Part shown: positions 63,978-64,000 of the stretch, piece after piece
Position numbering within the stretch: the stretch's first letter is position 1
How the letters are laid out: each line of letters begins with the position of its first letter
NCBI GenBank assembly: GCA_963693365.1
Contig: CAVNZM010000005.1
Span: 9,404,334 to 9,468,333, forward strand
DNA: 64,000 bases
Direction: 5' to 3'
Source of the DNA: Amoebidium appalachense
Lineage: Eukaryota; Protista; Ichthyosporea
Notes under the pieces: model-generated
Told to the model about the DNA's origin: nothing
Seen by the model: the letters and a program-made list of their open reading frames with translations, nothing else
The model's database searches: none
Position numbers and translations under genes: made by a program

Positions 63978-64000
63978 TTCCTTCCTCCCACCCACCCACC

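Overview
Eukaryotic nuclear DNA, not prokaryotic. Most of the supplied ORF track is noise from (GT/CA)n, (GA/TC)n and poly-G/poly-C tracts that fill almost every intron. Splicing by hand gives seven loci. (1) A 3-exon RING plus TRAF-zinc-finger E3 ligase (RNF41/RNF151-like N-terminus, - strand, 4703-2196). (2) A divergently oriented, disrupted gene (+, about 7776-9501) with a duplicated ~70-aa unit; both genes end in homologous DEK-C-like domains split by an intron at the same position. (3) An intronless, probably secreted plant/fungal-type heme peroxidase (13651-14856). (4) A 4.3-kb intronless F-box/ankyrin-like gene broken by two in-frame TAA and a frameshift (25481-21208). (5) An intact ~23-exon TTC27/EMW1 orthologue (45097-27215). 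(6) A 7-exon coiled-coil gene head-to-head with it (46620-52977). (7) A ~4.5-kb low-complexity exon running off the window end. Non-coding DNA holds two long fold-back MITE-like elements, a circularly permuted double hairpin, a palindrome array, several minisatellites, triplicated exon ends with decoy splice donors, and a dispersed ~110-bp repeat family. TTC27 and the RING gene look opisthokont-like, but the taxon cannot be fixed from sequence alone. Homopolymer lengths and some frameshifts may be assembly errors. All family assignments are from recalled motifs, not database searches.
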